NCBI GenBank assembly: GCA_024407775.1
Contig: JAKSVV010000001.1
Coordinates: 1-51,705, forward strand
Direction of reading: 5' to 3'
DNA: 51,705 bases
From: Clostridia bacterium
Lineage (GTDB): Bacteria > Bacillota > Clostridia > Lachnospirales > JAKSVV01
Both the position numbers and the translations under genes were made by a program. Positions 34,959 to 44,797 of the stretch are shown in pieces (positions within the stretch are counted from its first letter, which is position 1; each line of letters starts with the position of its first letter). Under the pieces are notes generated by a model. It had not been told where the DNA came from, ran no database searches, and was given only the letters and a program-made list of their open reading frames with translations.

Positions 34959-36062
34959 CTACTTATATTGATTAATTTGAGCAAGTGTATAGTAACCAGA
35001 GTCAATTAATTTTTCTACATAGTTATCAATTGTAATACATTCAACTGGTGTTTCAAGAGTTGGTACATATAATTTTCCGTTATTACTTTCAGCATTTGTT
35101 TCAACTTCTTCACCATTTAAAATACTCATAGCAACTTTACATGCATTCTTAGCAAGTGTATTTGTATTTTTAAATACACTCATTCCTTGTTTACCATTTA
35201 CTATATAAACAACTGAAGCAAGACCTGCATCTTGTCCTGTTATTTTATAACTTGTAACATCAGGATCTTGTAATACTACATCGGCAATTCCTCTTGCTGT
35301 ATCATCATTAGCAGCTAAGATTAAGATATCACCTTTTTGATCTTTTGTAGCATTAGCAAATTCTGCTTTTGCTCTATTGTTTGCAACTTCATATGACCAG
35401 TCTGTTGCTTCTTGCATAACAATTTTATCTACTACTTCTTGTGATAATTCTTTATTATAAATATTATTTTGAGCTTCAGGACAGTTTGCTAAAACAAATG
35501 TTCCATCAGCAAGATATGGTTGTAATACCTCCCATGATCCTCTAAAGAATATTCCAGCATTATTGTCTGCAGGAAGTCCTGTATATAAATATAGAGGTAT
35601 TCCTTTTCCTTCTGGTTTATTATCAATTAAATATTGAGCTTGAAGAGCTCCAACTTCAGTTGAGTTAAATGTAACGAAGTAATCAACTCCATCGCTATCA
35701 GTAATTAATCTATCATATGTAATTACTTTAACTCCATTATCTTTTGCATATTGAATTGAATCGGCAGCAGCTTCACTATCTTCTGGACAGATAATTAAAA
35801 CTTTAATACCTTTATCAACTAATTTTTTAACATTTTCTTTTTCAGTAATACTAGATGCTTGGCTAAATAAAACTTCACTACTAAAACCAACACCATCAAG
35901 CATTTCTTCAAATTGTGCTTTATCTTGTAACCATCTATTTTGTTCACCACTAGGAAGACAAATTCCAACTTCTACAGTTTCTTCTTTAGTACATCCTGTA
36001 AAAATAGAAACAGATAATGCGATTAAAAATAATCCTAAAATACTTTTTAAAACTTTTTTCAT
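34959..36062 (-). CDS. Sugar ABC-transporter substrate-binding lipoprotein (periplasmic-binding-protein type I; ChvE/XylF-like)
   Basis: Lipobox LSVSIFTGC and a PBP type I pattern. Start trimmed to MKKVLKS (ATG at 36060-62 after AAAGGTGA). No permease or ATPase gene adjacent. Confidence 0.8.
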   Translation of the reverse strand: MKKVLKSILGLFLIALSVSIFTGCTKEETVEVGICLPSGEQNRWLQDKAQFEEMLDGVGFSSEVLFSQASSITEKENVKKLVDKGIKVLIICPEDSEAAADSIQYAKDNGVKVITYDRLITDSDGVDYFVTFNSTEVGALQAQYLIDNKPEGKGIPLYLYTGLPADNNAGIFFRGSWEVLQPYLADGTFVLANCPEAQNNIYNKELSQEVVDKIVMQEATDWSYEVANNRAKAEFANATKDQKGDILILAANDDTARGIADVVLQDPDVTSYKITGQDAGLASVVYIVNGKQGMSVFKNTNTLAKNACKVAMSILNGEEVETNAESNNGKLYVPTLETPVECITIDNYVEKLIDSGYYTLAQINQYK

Positions 36063-36313
36063 GTTATTCACCTTTCTTAATAAAATTATTGTTTACGTTT
36101 TGATTTTCTAATCGTTTAATAAATATCAAATATATTTATCATGCTAGATAGTTTAATTATATGACGAATAAAATCTTTATCAAGATATAATCATAATTTA
36201 TTTAATAACAATATTCATTTATTAATATAGTTATTGATTATATTTTTTACTATGATATATTAATATTGTTAAGGAAAAATTATGGCAAATATTAAAATAC
36301 GAAAGGTAACAAT

Positions 36314-36751
36314 ATGGATATTGAATCAAGAGATGAAAATCTAGTAAACGAAATTTTAGGAGTTTACGAAAAATCAATTGAACACCTAAATGGTGTTATG
36401 CCAAAAGAAAGCATGGAAGAAATTAAAAGCAACACTGAAAAAATGATTAAGAATATTGAAAACTTAATCATAGTAAAAAATGATGAAGAAAATATAATTG
36501 GTTTTATGGGATGTGAAAATGAAAACTTAGAAATGTTATATCTTCATCCAGATTATAAAAACCAAGGTATAGGAAAAGAATTAATTAACATTGCAATTAA
36601 TAATCATAATGTTAATAAAGCACATATAGTAAAAATAAATACAGATGGAATAGATTTTTGTCGTCACATGGGATTTATTCCTTGTGAAATAACAAACGGA
36701 AGTTTATATAATGAAGCTATCGAAATGAAATTAAATAAGGAGGCAAACTAA
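36314..36751 (+). CDS. GNAT-family N-acetyltransferase (N-terminus possibly frameshifted)
   Basis: Acetyl-CoA motif LYLHPDYKNQGIGKELI. See the finding about the upstream ATG at 36282. Confidence 0.75.
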   Translation: MDIESRDENLVNEILGVYEKSIEHLNGVMPKESMEEIKSNTEKMIKNIENLIIVKNDEENIIGFMGCENENLEMLYLHPDYKNQGIGKELINIAINNHNVNKAHIVKINTDGIDFCRHMGFIPCEITNGSLYNEAIEMKLNKEAN

Positions 36752-37386
36752 TGGCTGAAGTATTAAATAATTTCTTCGGAAGTTTTGATTATCAAATTTT
36801 AGAATCATTACATAACTTAGCAGAAACAAGTGGAAATATTTTAAGACCACTTTGTGATATTGTTAGTTTTGTATTTGATAATGGGATAGTATTTTTTATA
36901 CTAGGATTAATTTTATTATTATTTAAAAAGACAAGAAAAATCGGAATATGTTTAATCGGTGCATTAGGACTTGGAACAATTATAGCAAAGTTTGGATTAA
37001 AAGATTTTGTTGCAAGACCAAGACCATTCATGCAAAATGATACATATAATTCTTGGTGGCAATTCATAGGAACAACAAATGATACAAGTTTCTCATTCCC
37101 ATCAGGACATACAACAATGACTATGGCAGGATTTACAACACTATTCATCTATTTAAAAAAGAGATATTCATCATGGGGAATACTTGGAGTATTACTAGTA
37201 ACATTTAGTAGATGTTACTTAATGGTTCATTACCCATCAGATATTTTAGGTGGAATTTTAGTTGGGCTTGTTAGTGCAATCATTGCTTGGTTAATTACAA
37301 AATTAATTTATTATATTTTAGAAAAATATAAAGATAAAAAATTCTTTAAATTTATTTTAGAATTTAATATAGTAAAAAATAAATAA
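36751..37386 (+). CDS. PAP2-family phosphatase (undecaprenyl-diphosphate / lipid phosphatase type)
   Basis: PAP2 motifs KDFVARPRP, PSGH and SRCYLMVHYPSD. Polytopic membrane protein. TAATG overlap with the GNAT gene. Confidence 0.85.
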   Translation: MAEVLNNFFGSFDYQILESLHNLAETSGNILRPLCDIVSFVFDNGIVFFILGLILLLFKKTRKIGICLIGALGLGTIIAKFGLKDFVARPRPFMQNDTYNSWWQFIGTTNDTSFSFPSGHTTMTMAGFTTLFIYLKKRYSSWGILGVLLVTFSRCYLMVHYPSDILGGILVGLVSAIIAWLITKLIYYILEKYKDKKFFKFILEFNIVKNK

Positions 37387-37423
37387 TTATAAAAATTTAA
37401 ATTTAAAATATTTGGAGGTATGT

Positions 37424-37921
37424 ATGAAAAAAATATTATCACTAGCATTAGTTCTTGCTATGGGTATTACTCTTGTAGCATGTACTAAAGAAGTAAAAGA
37501 AGATGTTTATGAAATCGAAAACGAAGAAGATGTTGTTATCAATTACGAAATGAACGAAATTGAAATGGAATACTACAACATATTAAAAGACATTAATGAA
37601 AATTGTGAAGTTGGTACAGCAGGTAGTTCATTAAAAGCAGTTCCATTTGCAGCTACAATTATCAATTGGAGTATGGGTTCAGAAATTAATGATGATCAAA
37701 TTAAAACTGTATTAGATAACTTCGTATCAAAATTAGAAGATAAAGATGAATTTTTGGATCAAATGAGTTTAGTAAAAGCTACAATCAATTCACTACTTAG
37801 TGATGATTGTGACGAATTACTTGAAGAATCAGGTAACGCTGATATGCAAACACCTTGGAGAGATGTTGAAAACTTCGACAATCCAAGAATTGATATAGTA
37901 TTTAACCAATTAGGTTTATAA
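37424..37921 (+). CDS. Hypothetical lipoprotein
   Basis: MKKILSLALVLAMGITLVAC lipobox after a GGAGG RBS. No family recognised. Confidence 0.6.
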   Translation: MKKILSLALVLAMGITLVACTKEVKEDVYEIENEEDVVINYEMNEIEMEYYNILKDINENCEVGTAGSSLKAVPFAATIINWSMGSEINDDQIKTVLDNFVSKLEDKDEFLDQMSLVKATINSLLSDDCDELLEESGNADMQTPWRDVENFDNPRIDIVFNQLGL

Positions 37922-37962
37922 AACTTGATTTTTTAAAAATTTGATATAGAATTTAAATATGG

Positions 37963-38013
37963 TAGATTTTAAAAAAACCCCCTAAAACGGATTTTTTTAA
38001 AATCTATTTTTTT
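37963..38013 (+). terminator. Rho-independent terminator after the lipoprotein gene
   Basis: 15-bp AT-rich stem tagattttaaaaaaa / tttttttaaaatcta followed by a T-run. Confidence 0.6.
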
Positions 38014-38039
38014 GTTTTAAGGGGAGTAAGGAGCAACAA

Positions 38040-39497
38040 ATGGAAATAGGTTTTGATAACAAGCTTTATCAAAAAGTACAAGGAGAAAAAATCAAAGAAA
38101 GAATAAAGATGTTTGATAACAAACTTTATCTTGAATTTGGTGGAAAGATTTATGATGACTATCATGCATCACGTGTACTCCCAGGGTTCATGCCTGATGA
38201 AAAAATTAATTTATTAAAACAATTTAAAGATGACTTAGAAGTTATATGTTGTATCAATGCAGGTGACATTGAAAAAAGTAAAATTAGAGCAGACTATGGA
38301 ATAAGTTACGAATTAGATCTTTTAAAATTAATTGAGAACTTACAAAAACTTGAGATACAAGTTAATAGTGTAGTAGTTACAAGATACAACGATAATATAA
38401 ATATAAGTCACTTAGAAAAAATTCTTAAAGAAAGAAAAATTAAATTATATAAACATAGACCAACACCTGGATATCCAAATGATGTTGAAACTATTGTTAG
38501 TGAAAAAGGTTATGGTTTAAATCCATACATTGAAACAACAAAAAAATTAGTTGTAGTAACAGCACCCGGTCCTAATAGCGGAAAACTTGGAACATGCCTT
38601 TCACAACTATATCATGAATATAAAAAAGGTGTTAAAGCAGGTTATGCAAAATTTGAAACATTCCCAATATGGAATTTAAGTTTAATGCATCCAGCTAACA
38701 TTGCATATGAAGCAGCGACAGCTGATCTTAATGATGTAAATATGATTGATCCATTTCATCTTGAAACATATGGTGAAAATGCAACAAACTATAACAGAGA
38801 TATTTCTACATTCCCAATATTAAAAAATATTTTATTAAAAATAACAGGAAAAGAAATTTATAAATCTCCTACTGATATGGGAGTTAACATGATTAAAGCA
38901 TGTATAGTAAACAATGATGTTATAGAGCAAGCAGCCAAAGATGAAATTATAAGAAGATACTACAATATTCTTTGTGATAATAAACAAGGTATAGCAAAAA
39001 ATGAAGCAGTAGAAAAAATAAAATCATTAATGGATAAACTAGAACTAACATTAGATGATAGAGAAATTGCTAAGTATGCATTAAAAAAGAGTGAAGAAAA
39101 AAATACAAATGTCATAGCAATAAAACTTAACGACGGAAAAATTTATACAGGAAAAGAATCAGAATTATTATCTGCATCATCAGCATGTATAATTAATGCA
39201 ATCAAAGGTATGACAAAAATTCCTGATGAACAATTTTTATTATCACCTCAAGTACTTGATGGAATATTTAGATTAAAAAAGAATACATCATATAACACAT
39301 CATACTTTTTAAGTTTGCCTGAAGTACTAATAGCTTTAAGTATTTGTTCTATAACAAATCCTATCATAGATAAAGCAATAAAAAGTTTTGATAACCTAAG
39401 AGGATGTGAAGCACATGCAAGTTATATCATTGAAAAGAGCGAACTTAATGTATTAAAAAACTTCGGAATAAATTTAACATGTGAACCAAAGATGTAA
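38040..39497 (+). CDS. DUF1846 (UPF0371) family protein
   Basis: The ~485-aa protein starts MEIGFDNKLYQKVQGEKIKERI...LYLEFGGKIYDDYHASRVLPGF, typical of the conserved DUF1846 family. Confidence 0.8.
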   Translation: MEIGFDNKLYQKVQGEKIKERIKMFDNKLYLEFGGKIYDDYHASRVLPGFMPDEKINLLKQFKDDLEVICCINAGDIEKSKIRADYGISYELDLLKLIENLQKLEIQVNSVVVTRYNDNINISHLEKILKERKIKLYKHRPTPGYPNDVETIVSEKGYGLNPYIETTKKLVVVTAPGPNSGKLGTCLSQLYHEYKKGVKAGYAKFETFPIWNLSLMHPANIAYEAATADLNDVNMIDPFHLETYGENATNYNRDISTFPILKNILLKITGKEIYKSPTDMGVNMIKACIVNNDVIEQAAKDEIIRRYYNILCDNKQGIAKNEAVEKIKSLMDKLELTLDDREIAKYALKKSEEKNTNVIAIKLNDGKIYTGKESELLSASSACIINAIKGMTKIPDEQFLLSPQVLDGIFRLKKNTSYNTSYFLSLPEVLIALSICSITNPIIDKAIKSFDNLRGCEAHASYIIEKSELNVLKNFGINLTCEPKM

Positions 39498-39521
39498 AAA
39501 AAAATAAAATAAAGTACAAAT

Positions 39522-39550
39522 AAATCTCTAGATTTTCTAGAGATTTTTTA
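39522..39550 (+). terminator. Rho-independent terminator after the DUF1846 gene
   Basis: Stem aaatctctag / ctagagattt followed by a T-run. Confidence 0.7.
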
Positions 39551-39625
39551 TTGCAAAAGTATCGATCTCATGATATAAATATCGTAACAAAATTGTAGTG
39601 ATTCACTATACTGGAGGTTTAATAA

Positions 39626-40630
39626 ATGAAAAAGACACTAATAGTATTACTCTTATTAACACTCTCATTTCAAGTTGTAGCTTGTAATAAAACAAATACA
39701 TCACAAGATGACATTGAAAGTACTAATGAAAAAGTTGTAGAAGAAACAATCAGTCCAGAAGAAGATGCCATGTGGCAGCAAATATTCGCGGATAAAGAAG
39801 ATCGTGAAAATCTAATAACTAAAATAACAAAGTTTAATGTTGCATCTGATAACAGAATTTCAATCACATATGATGGAGTAGAAAGAGAAGGTTTAATTTT
39901 CTTCCCGGAAAATGTTAAAGGATCGCCATTACTTGTTATGCTTCATGGTTCTGGAATGTCTATGGAAGAATTTATCGATATGATAAAAATTAATGATGAA
40001 GCTACAGCTCGTGGTTACACTGTATTATATCTTCAGGCCAAAACAAATCCTGATGACAAAACAAGTGTAATACAATGGAATAATGGAACAGGTTTAAACT
40101 CAAATGATGACTTAGGATTTATCCAGGCCGCTGCATTAAAAGCAGAAGAAAAATATGAACTAGATGCATATAGAACTTATGTTGCAGGTTTTAGTAACGG
40201 AGCATTTATGGTTCACACAATTGCTGCTGAAGGAAATAGTACATTCGAAGGTTTTTGTTCAGTCGCAGGAGATATGCAAGAACATTCTTGGGAAAGTAAA
40301 AAAGAATATATCGAATTATCATTTCTCGAAATTTTCGGATTGAAAGATGATGCAGTACCATCTAATGCAGCAGGAACAGCAAAGTTCGCGCAGGCTCCAG
40401 CAATCGAAGACGTCATGAATTATTATGGCAATACACAAAAGCTTACATTACATGATCCAGTTTCATTATCAGATAAAGTAATAGAATATACTTATGATTC
40501 TCAAGAATCCGAATTCAAAGTACAATGTGTTGCAATCAAAGATTGTCATCATGGATGGCCAGAGGAAAGATTAACAACTCTTAATACTAATAAGTATGTT
40601 CTTGATTTCTTTGATAGTTTAAACAAATAA
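39626..40630 (+). CDS. Secreted lipoprotein esterase (alpha/beta hydrolase, PHB-depolymerase/feruloyl-esterase-like)
   Basis: Lipobox LSFQVVAC, an oxyanion region LVMLHGSG and the nucleophile elbow GFSNGA. Confidence 0.7.
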   Translation: MKKTLIVLLLLTLSFQVVACNKTNTSQDDIESTNEKVVEETISPEEDAMWQQIFADKEDRENLITKITKFNVASDNRISITYDGVEREGLIFFPENVKGSPLLVMLHGSGMSMEEFIDMIKINDEATARGYTVLYLQAKTNPDDKTSVIQWNNGTGLNSNDDLGFIQAAALKAEEKYELDAYRTYVAGFSNGAFMVHTIAAEGNSTFEGFCSVAGDMQEHSWESKKEYIELSFLEIFGLKDDAVPSNAAGTAKFAQAPAIEDVMNYYGNTQKLTLHDPVSLSDKVIEYTYDSQESEFKVQCVAIKDCHHGWPEERLTTLNTNKYVLDFFDSLNK

Positions 40631-40663
40631 AAAATATGCACGCGAAGCGTGCATATTTTTTTA
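40630..40663. terminator. Bidirectional terminator between the convergent esterase gene and murG
   Basis: 12-bp stem aaatatgcacgc / gcgtgcatattt flanked by A and T runs. Confidence 0.75.
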
Positions 40664-40717
40664 TTACGAAAATCATTAAATCATTTTTGTAATTTTTAAT
40701 TTTGTTATTTTATATTT

Positions 40718-41785
40718 TTATAAATTTAATTCTTCTTCAATTACTTTAATAATATTTTCATTTGCTTTTGTTAATTTTGTTTCTTTCATTTTAGAAATCA
40801 TATCATCACTTTTTTCTTCAAGTAATGTTAATGCTCCAAGTAATCTTTCTTTAGTAATTGTATCTTCATCTATAACCATGCTAAAACCTTGTTTTTCAAA
40901 GCTTTCAGCGTTTAAGATTTGATCTCCACGTGATGCTTTTTTAGTAAGTGGCATTAACAAATTTGGTTTAGCAAGTGCAAGTAATTCAAAAATAGATCCA
41001 GCTCCTGCTCTTGAAATAATTAAATCACTACAAGCAAAATAATCTTTTAATTCTTCACTTACATATTCAAATTGTTTTACACCTTCTTTATTTTTAACAA
41101 TTAAATCTTCTTTACCTTTTCCGCAAATATGAATAATTTGATAACGTTCTCTAAGTTCATCAATTGCGTCTTTAATTGCATTATTAAGTGCAACAGATCC
41201 AAGTGATCCACCAATTACTAATAAAATTTTTTTATCTTTATTAAATCCTAAAAGTTTTAATCCTCTTTCTTTATCACCCTCTAAGATTTCAGATCTAATT
41301 GGTGACCCGCATAGAACTCCCTTCTTCCCTACCATTCCAAGAGTCTCAGGGAATGTTACACATATTTTTTTAGCAAATGGTTTTGCAATTTTATTAGCAA
41401 GTCCTGGTGTTAAATCTGATTCATGACATACTACTGGAACTTTATTTTTCTTTGCACCAATTACAACTGGCACAGCAACAAATCCACCTTTAGAAAAAAC
41501 TAAATCAGGTTTTTCTTCTTTAATAATTTTTGTTGCATCATCAATTCCTTTAAATACATTAAAGAAATCTTTTATATTTTCTTTTGATAAATATCTTCTT
41601 AATTTTCCTGTTGATATTTCTCTATATTTAATTCCTTGTTCACCAATTAATTCTTTTTCTATTCCTGTTTTAGATCCGATATAAACTATTTCAATATCAG
41701 GATGTTTTTCTTTTAAAGAATTAATTATCGCAATATTAGGAATTACGTGGCCTCCAGAGCCTCCACCTGTAAAAATTATTTTCAT
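40718..41785 (-). CDS. murG: UDP-N-acetylglucosamine--N-acetylmuramyl-(pentapeptide)-pyrophosphoryl-undecaprenol GlcNAc transferase MurG
   Basis: MKIIFTGGGSGGHVIPNIAI G-loop and a GT28 C-domain (GGSLGS...ISRAGAGSIFEL). Confidence 0.9.
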   Translation of the reverse strand: MKIIFTGGGSGGHVIPNIAIINSLKEKHPDIEIVYIGSKTGIEKELIGEQGIKYREISTGKLRRYLSKENIKDFFNVFKGIDDATKIIKEEKPDLVFSKGGFVAVPVVIGAKKNKVPVVCHESDLTPGLANKIAKPFAKKICVTFPETLGMVGKKGVLCGSPIRSEILEGDKERGLKLLGFNKDKKILLVIGGSLGSVALNNAIKDAIDELRERYQIIHICGKGKEDLIVKNKEGVKQFEYVSEELKDYFACSDLIISRAGAGSIFELLALAKPNLLMPLTKKASRGDQILNAESFEKQGFSMVIDEDTITKERLLGALTLLEEKSDDMISKMKETKLTKANENIIKVIEEELNL

Positions 41786-41796
41786 ATATTATGCCT

Positions 41797-42201
41797 CTAC
41801 ATCATTTTTAATTTATTATACATATCTTCGATTTCAGTTTTTGCGCCATCAAAATTTGGCCATGCATTAACTTTATCATCTTTCTTTCTTGGAATGATAT
41901 GAATATGTAAATGGAATACTGATTGTTGAGCAGCTTCTCCATTTGCATTAATTAAATCAACACCATCATATCCTAAATCATCTGTATAATGATTTGAAAT
42001 TTTCTTTACTGTATTCATAACATGATGTAATGTTTCTTCATCACAATCTAAAATATTAGTAACATGTTTTTTAGGAACAACTAATGTATGTCCGTCAACA
42101 TCTTTAGCTATGTCTAAAAAAGCATAAGTATATTCATCTTCATAAATTTTATAACTAGGAATATCTCCTTTAATTATCTTACAAAAAATACAATCTTCCA
42201 T
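41797..42201 (-). CDS. HIT-family (Hint-like) nucleotide hydrolase
   Basis: CIFCKII and the histidine triad HLHIHIIP. Confidence 0.9.
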   Translation of the reverse strand: MEDCIFCKIIKGDIPSYKIYEDEYTYAFLDIAKDVDGHTLVVPKKHVTNILDCDEETLHHVMNTVKKISNHYTDDLGYDGVDLINANGEAAQQSVFHLHIHIIPRKKDDKVNAWPNFDGAKTEIEDMYNKLKMM

Positions 42202-42351
42202 TCTTTGTATCTCCCTTCTATACTATATTTGCAAGGTTTTTATACCTCACTTTTTGATTTTTTCCTTCATTATATATACATCTTATTTAATGTACTTTTT
42301 ATATATTAAACTTATAAAAATATTGTGCAATATTTTTTATAATTAATCTTC

Positions 42352-43539
42352 TTATATCTTTCCTTGTAATTTGTAAACGAATGCTAATACTTCTGCTACT
42401 GATTGGTATAATTCTTCTGGTATAGAATCACCAACTTCACATGTTGCATAAAGTGTTCTTGCAAGAGGTTTGTTTTCCACAATTTCCACTTTATTTTCTT
42501 TAGCAATTTCTTTAATACGAAGAGCTAAATAATCTTGTCCTTTAGCAACAACATAAGGTGGTCTTTGATCAACTGCATCTCTATCATATTTAATACCTAC
42601 AGCAAAGTGAGTAGGGTTAGTAATAATAACATCTGCAGTTTTAACATCTTGCATCATACGTGACATAGACATTTGTCTTTGTTTATTACGACGTTGTTGT
42701 TTGATGTTTGGATCCCCTTCTAATTGTTTGTATTCTTCTTTAACTTCTTGTTTACTCATCATTAAGTTTTTCATAAGTTCTCTTCTTTGGAAGAAGTAGT
42801 CGATAACAGCTATAATAGCAAAGAAACCTCCAACTTTTATTCCAAGTGAAATAACAACTTTACCTATATATATCATCGCTTGGTCAGCACTAACATTAAC
42901 AAGGTTAACCATAGCAAGAATTTCATCAACTATACAAAGATATAAAATGTAAGCAATAAGTCCAAACTTTCCAAGTGATTTAAAAAGTTCAAGAAATGCT
43001 TTCTTACTAAAAATTCTTTTCATACCTTCAATAGGATTTAATCTATTAAATTTAGGTTTTAATGCTTTACCTGTTGGTTTCCAACCAACTTGAATAATAT
43101 TAGCAACTATCCCTAAAGCCATGGCTACTCCAAAGATAGGAAGAGCTGTAAATAACATATCTCCAAATGCTCTTGTTACCCATTTACTAATTGCAGATGG
43201 AGTAAATAATGCATCAGGTGATTCTATTAAAACTAAATTTTGATTAATAACTTTAATTAAATTTTTATACATAAAACCTGCTGTCATTTTTAATGCAAAG
43301 AATAATCCAACGATTAATATTGCTGTATTAATTTCAACAGACTTAGCAACTTGTCCTTCTTCTCTAGCTTTTTCTTTTCTATAATCAGAAGGTGCTTCAG
43401 TTTTTTCTCCGCCAGCTCCTTCATTGTCAGCGAAAAATTGTAAATTTAATTTTAATAAATTACTTTTATTTTTTTCATTAAAAAAAGATAGTATGATTTC
43501 ATCATCATTATTATCATAAAAATTTATTACTCTAATCAT
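42352..43539 (-). CDS. flhB: Flagellar export apparatus switch protein FlhB
   Basis: LQFFA...EKTEAPSDYRKEKAREEGQVAKS and the NPTH autocleavage site (VIITNPTHFAV). About 30 extra N-terminal residues. Confidence 0.92.
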   Translation of the reverse strand: MIRVINFYDNNDDEIILSFFNEKNKSNLLKLNLQFFADNEGAGGEKTEAPSDYRKEKAREEGQVAKSVEINTAILIVGLFFALKMTAGFMYKNLIKVINQNLVLIESPDALFTPSAISKWVTRAFGDMLFTALPIFGVAMALGIVANIIQVGWKPTGKALKPKFNRLNPIEGMKRIFSKKAFLELFKSLGKFGLIAYILYLCIVDEILAMVNLVNVSADQAMIYIGKVVISLGIKVGGFFAIIAVIDYFFQRRELMKNLMMSKQEVKEEYKQLEGDPNIKQQRRNKQRQMSMSRMMQDVKTADVIITNPTHFAVGIKYDRDAVDQRPPYVVAKGQDYLALRIKEIAKENKVEIVENKPLARTLYATCEVGDSIPEELYQSVAEVLAFVYKLQGKI

Positions 43540-43560
43540 ACTACCTCCTAAAAAATTTTA

Positions 43561-44346
43561 TCAAGTTTCTATCGCGAATAATTTCATAAACGTTGTAATA
43601 ATATCTACACCCTTATCATAAATAATTGCATAGTTATCTATAATTAAATCTGTTGCAAATATCATAATAAGCAAGAACATTGCAATCTTAAGTGGGAAAC
43701 CTACAACGAATACATTCATTTGTGGTACTGCTCTAACTAATACTCCAAGTCCTACATCAAGTATTAACATTGTTGCAATAATTGGACTTGCAAATTTAAA
43801 TGCTAGTATAAACATATCCCCCATCAATTTTATAATATAGCTTACTGTTGAACCAGTGAATGCAAACTTACCAATAGGTAATAATTCATAGCTATAAAAA
43901 ATTGCTTTTATAAAAGTATGATGCATATTTGTGCAAAGAAAAATTGCAATTAATGCATAATAATATAAGTTAGCAGTTATAGCAAGTTGCATTGAGTTTG
44001 ATGGATCATAAACTGTTGCCATAGTAAGTCCTGCTTGTGAGTCAATTAATGTTCCTGCAAAAATAATTGCATTAAATATTATAGTTGCAGCAAATCCTAT
44101 CATTGCTCCAATCATAGCTTCAGTAACACATATGCCTCCAAAAGCAAGTGGATTATCAAACATGCTTACGCTAACACTTAAATTATCGTTAGCAAAAAAT
44201 ATCATACATGCAAGACAAAAACTTAATGCACCTTTAACATATGTATTAATATATCTACCATTAAAAAATGGGGCTGTTACAAAAAATCCAAGTAATCTTA
44301 TCATTAATATTATAACAAGCTCCACCATATCTAGCGTAATAGACAT
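43561..44346 (-). CDS. fliR: Flagellar export apparatus protein FliR
   Basis: Polytopic 261-aa protein in fliP-fliQ-fliR-flhB order, with FliR-like sequence. Confidence 0.9.
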   Translation of the reverse strand: MSITLDMVELVIILMIRLLGFFVTAPFFNGRYINTYVKGALSFCLACMIFFANDNLSVSVSMFDNPLAFGGICVTEAMIGAMIGFAATIIFNAIIFAGTLIDSQAGLTMATVYDPSNSMQLAITANLYYYALIAIFLCTNMHHTFIKAIFYSYELLPIGKFAFTGSTVSYIIKLMGDMFILAFKFASPIIATMLILDVGLGVLVRAVPQMNVFVVGFPLKIAMFLLIMIFATDLIIDNYAIIYDKGVDIITTFMKLFAIET

Positions 44347-44397
44347 GTTTCCTCCATTAATTTTTTATATAAAAATAAGCATACTAAAATAAGTATG

Positions 44398-44667
44398 CTA
44401 TCCTAAATATTGTCCCATATTTGTGAACAAATTATTTGTAAACTGTATAAGAATGTTAAGAATCCAAGTACCGAAAACAAGCAAAGACGCGAAAATAGCA
44501 ACTATCTTCGGAACGAACGCTAAGGTTTGTTCTTGAATAGAAGTTACAGCCTGAAATATACTGACTATAACACCGACAACTAATCCGCAAATTAGCATCG
44601 GTGCAGATGCCTCAAGTATTGTTATCAAAGCATCAGTTACAACTTTAGTAACGATTTCGCTTGTCAT
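44398..44667 (-). CDS. fliQ: Flagellar export apparatus protein FliQ
   Basis: 89-aa, two-TM protein with the pattern ...GLVVGVIVSIFQAVTSIQEQTLAFVPKI. Confidence 0.92.
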   Translation of the reverse strand: MTSEIVTKVVTDALITILEASAPMLICGLVVGVIVSIFQAVTSIQEQTLAFVPKIVAIFASLLVFGTWILNILIQFTNNLFTNMGQYLG

Positions 44668-44797
44668 TTTCCTTTTCCCCTTTTATTATACCTACTTATT
44701 TCTTAATCTTATATTTTTGTTATCTTATATTTTTATTTATAATTCTTTTTTTATTTATATTAATTTTAATAATTTTCAAATTTAAAAATTAGTTACG

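Noticed and set aside
39570-39600. CGATAT-containing sequence upstream of the esterase gene, considered as another sigma-D -10 element.
   Set aside because: The element would read on the minus strand, where there is no downstream gene. The -35 position lacks TAAA.
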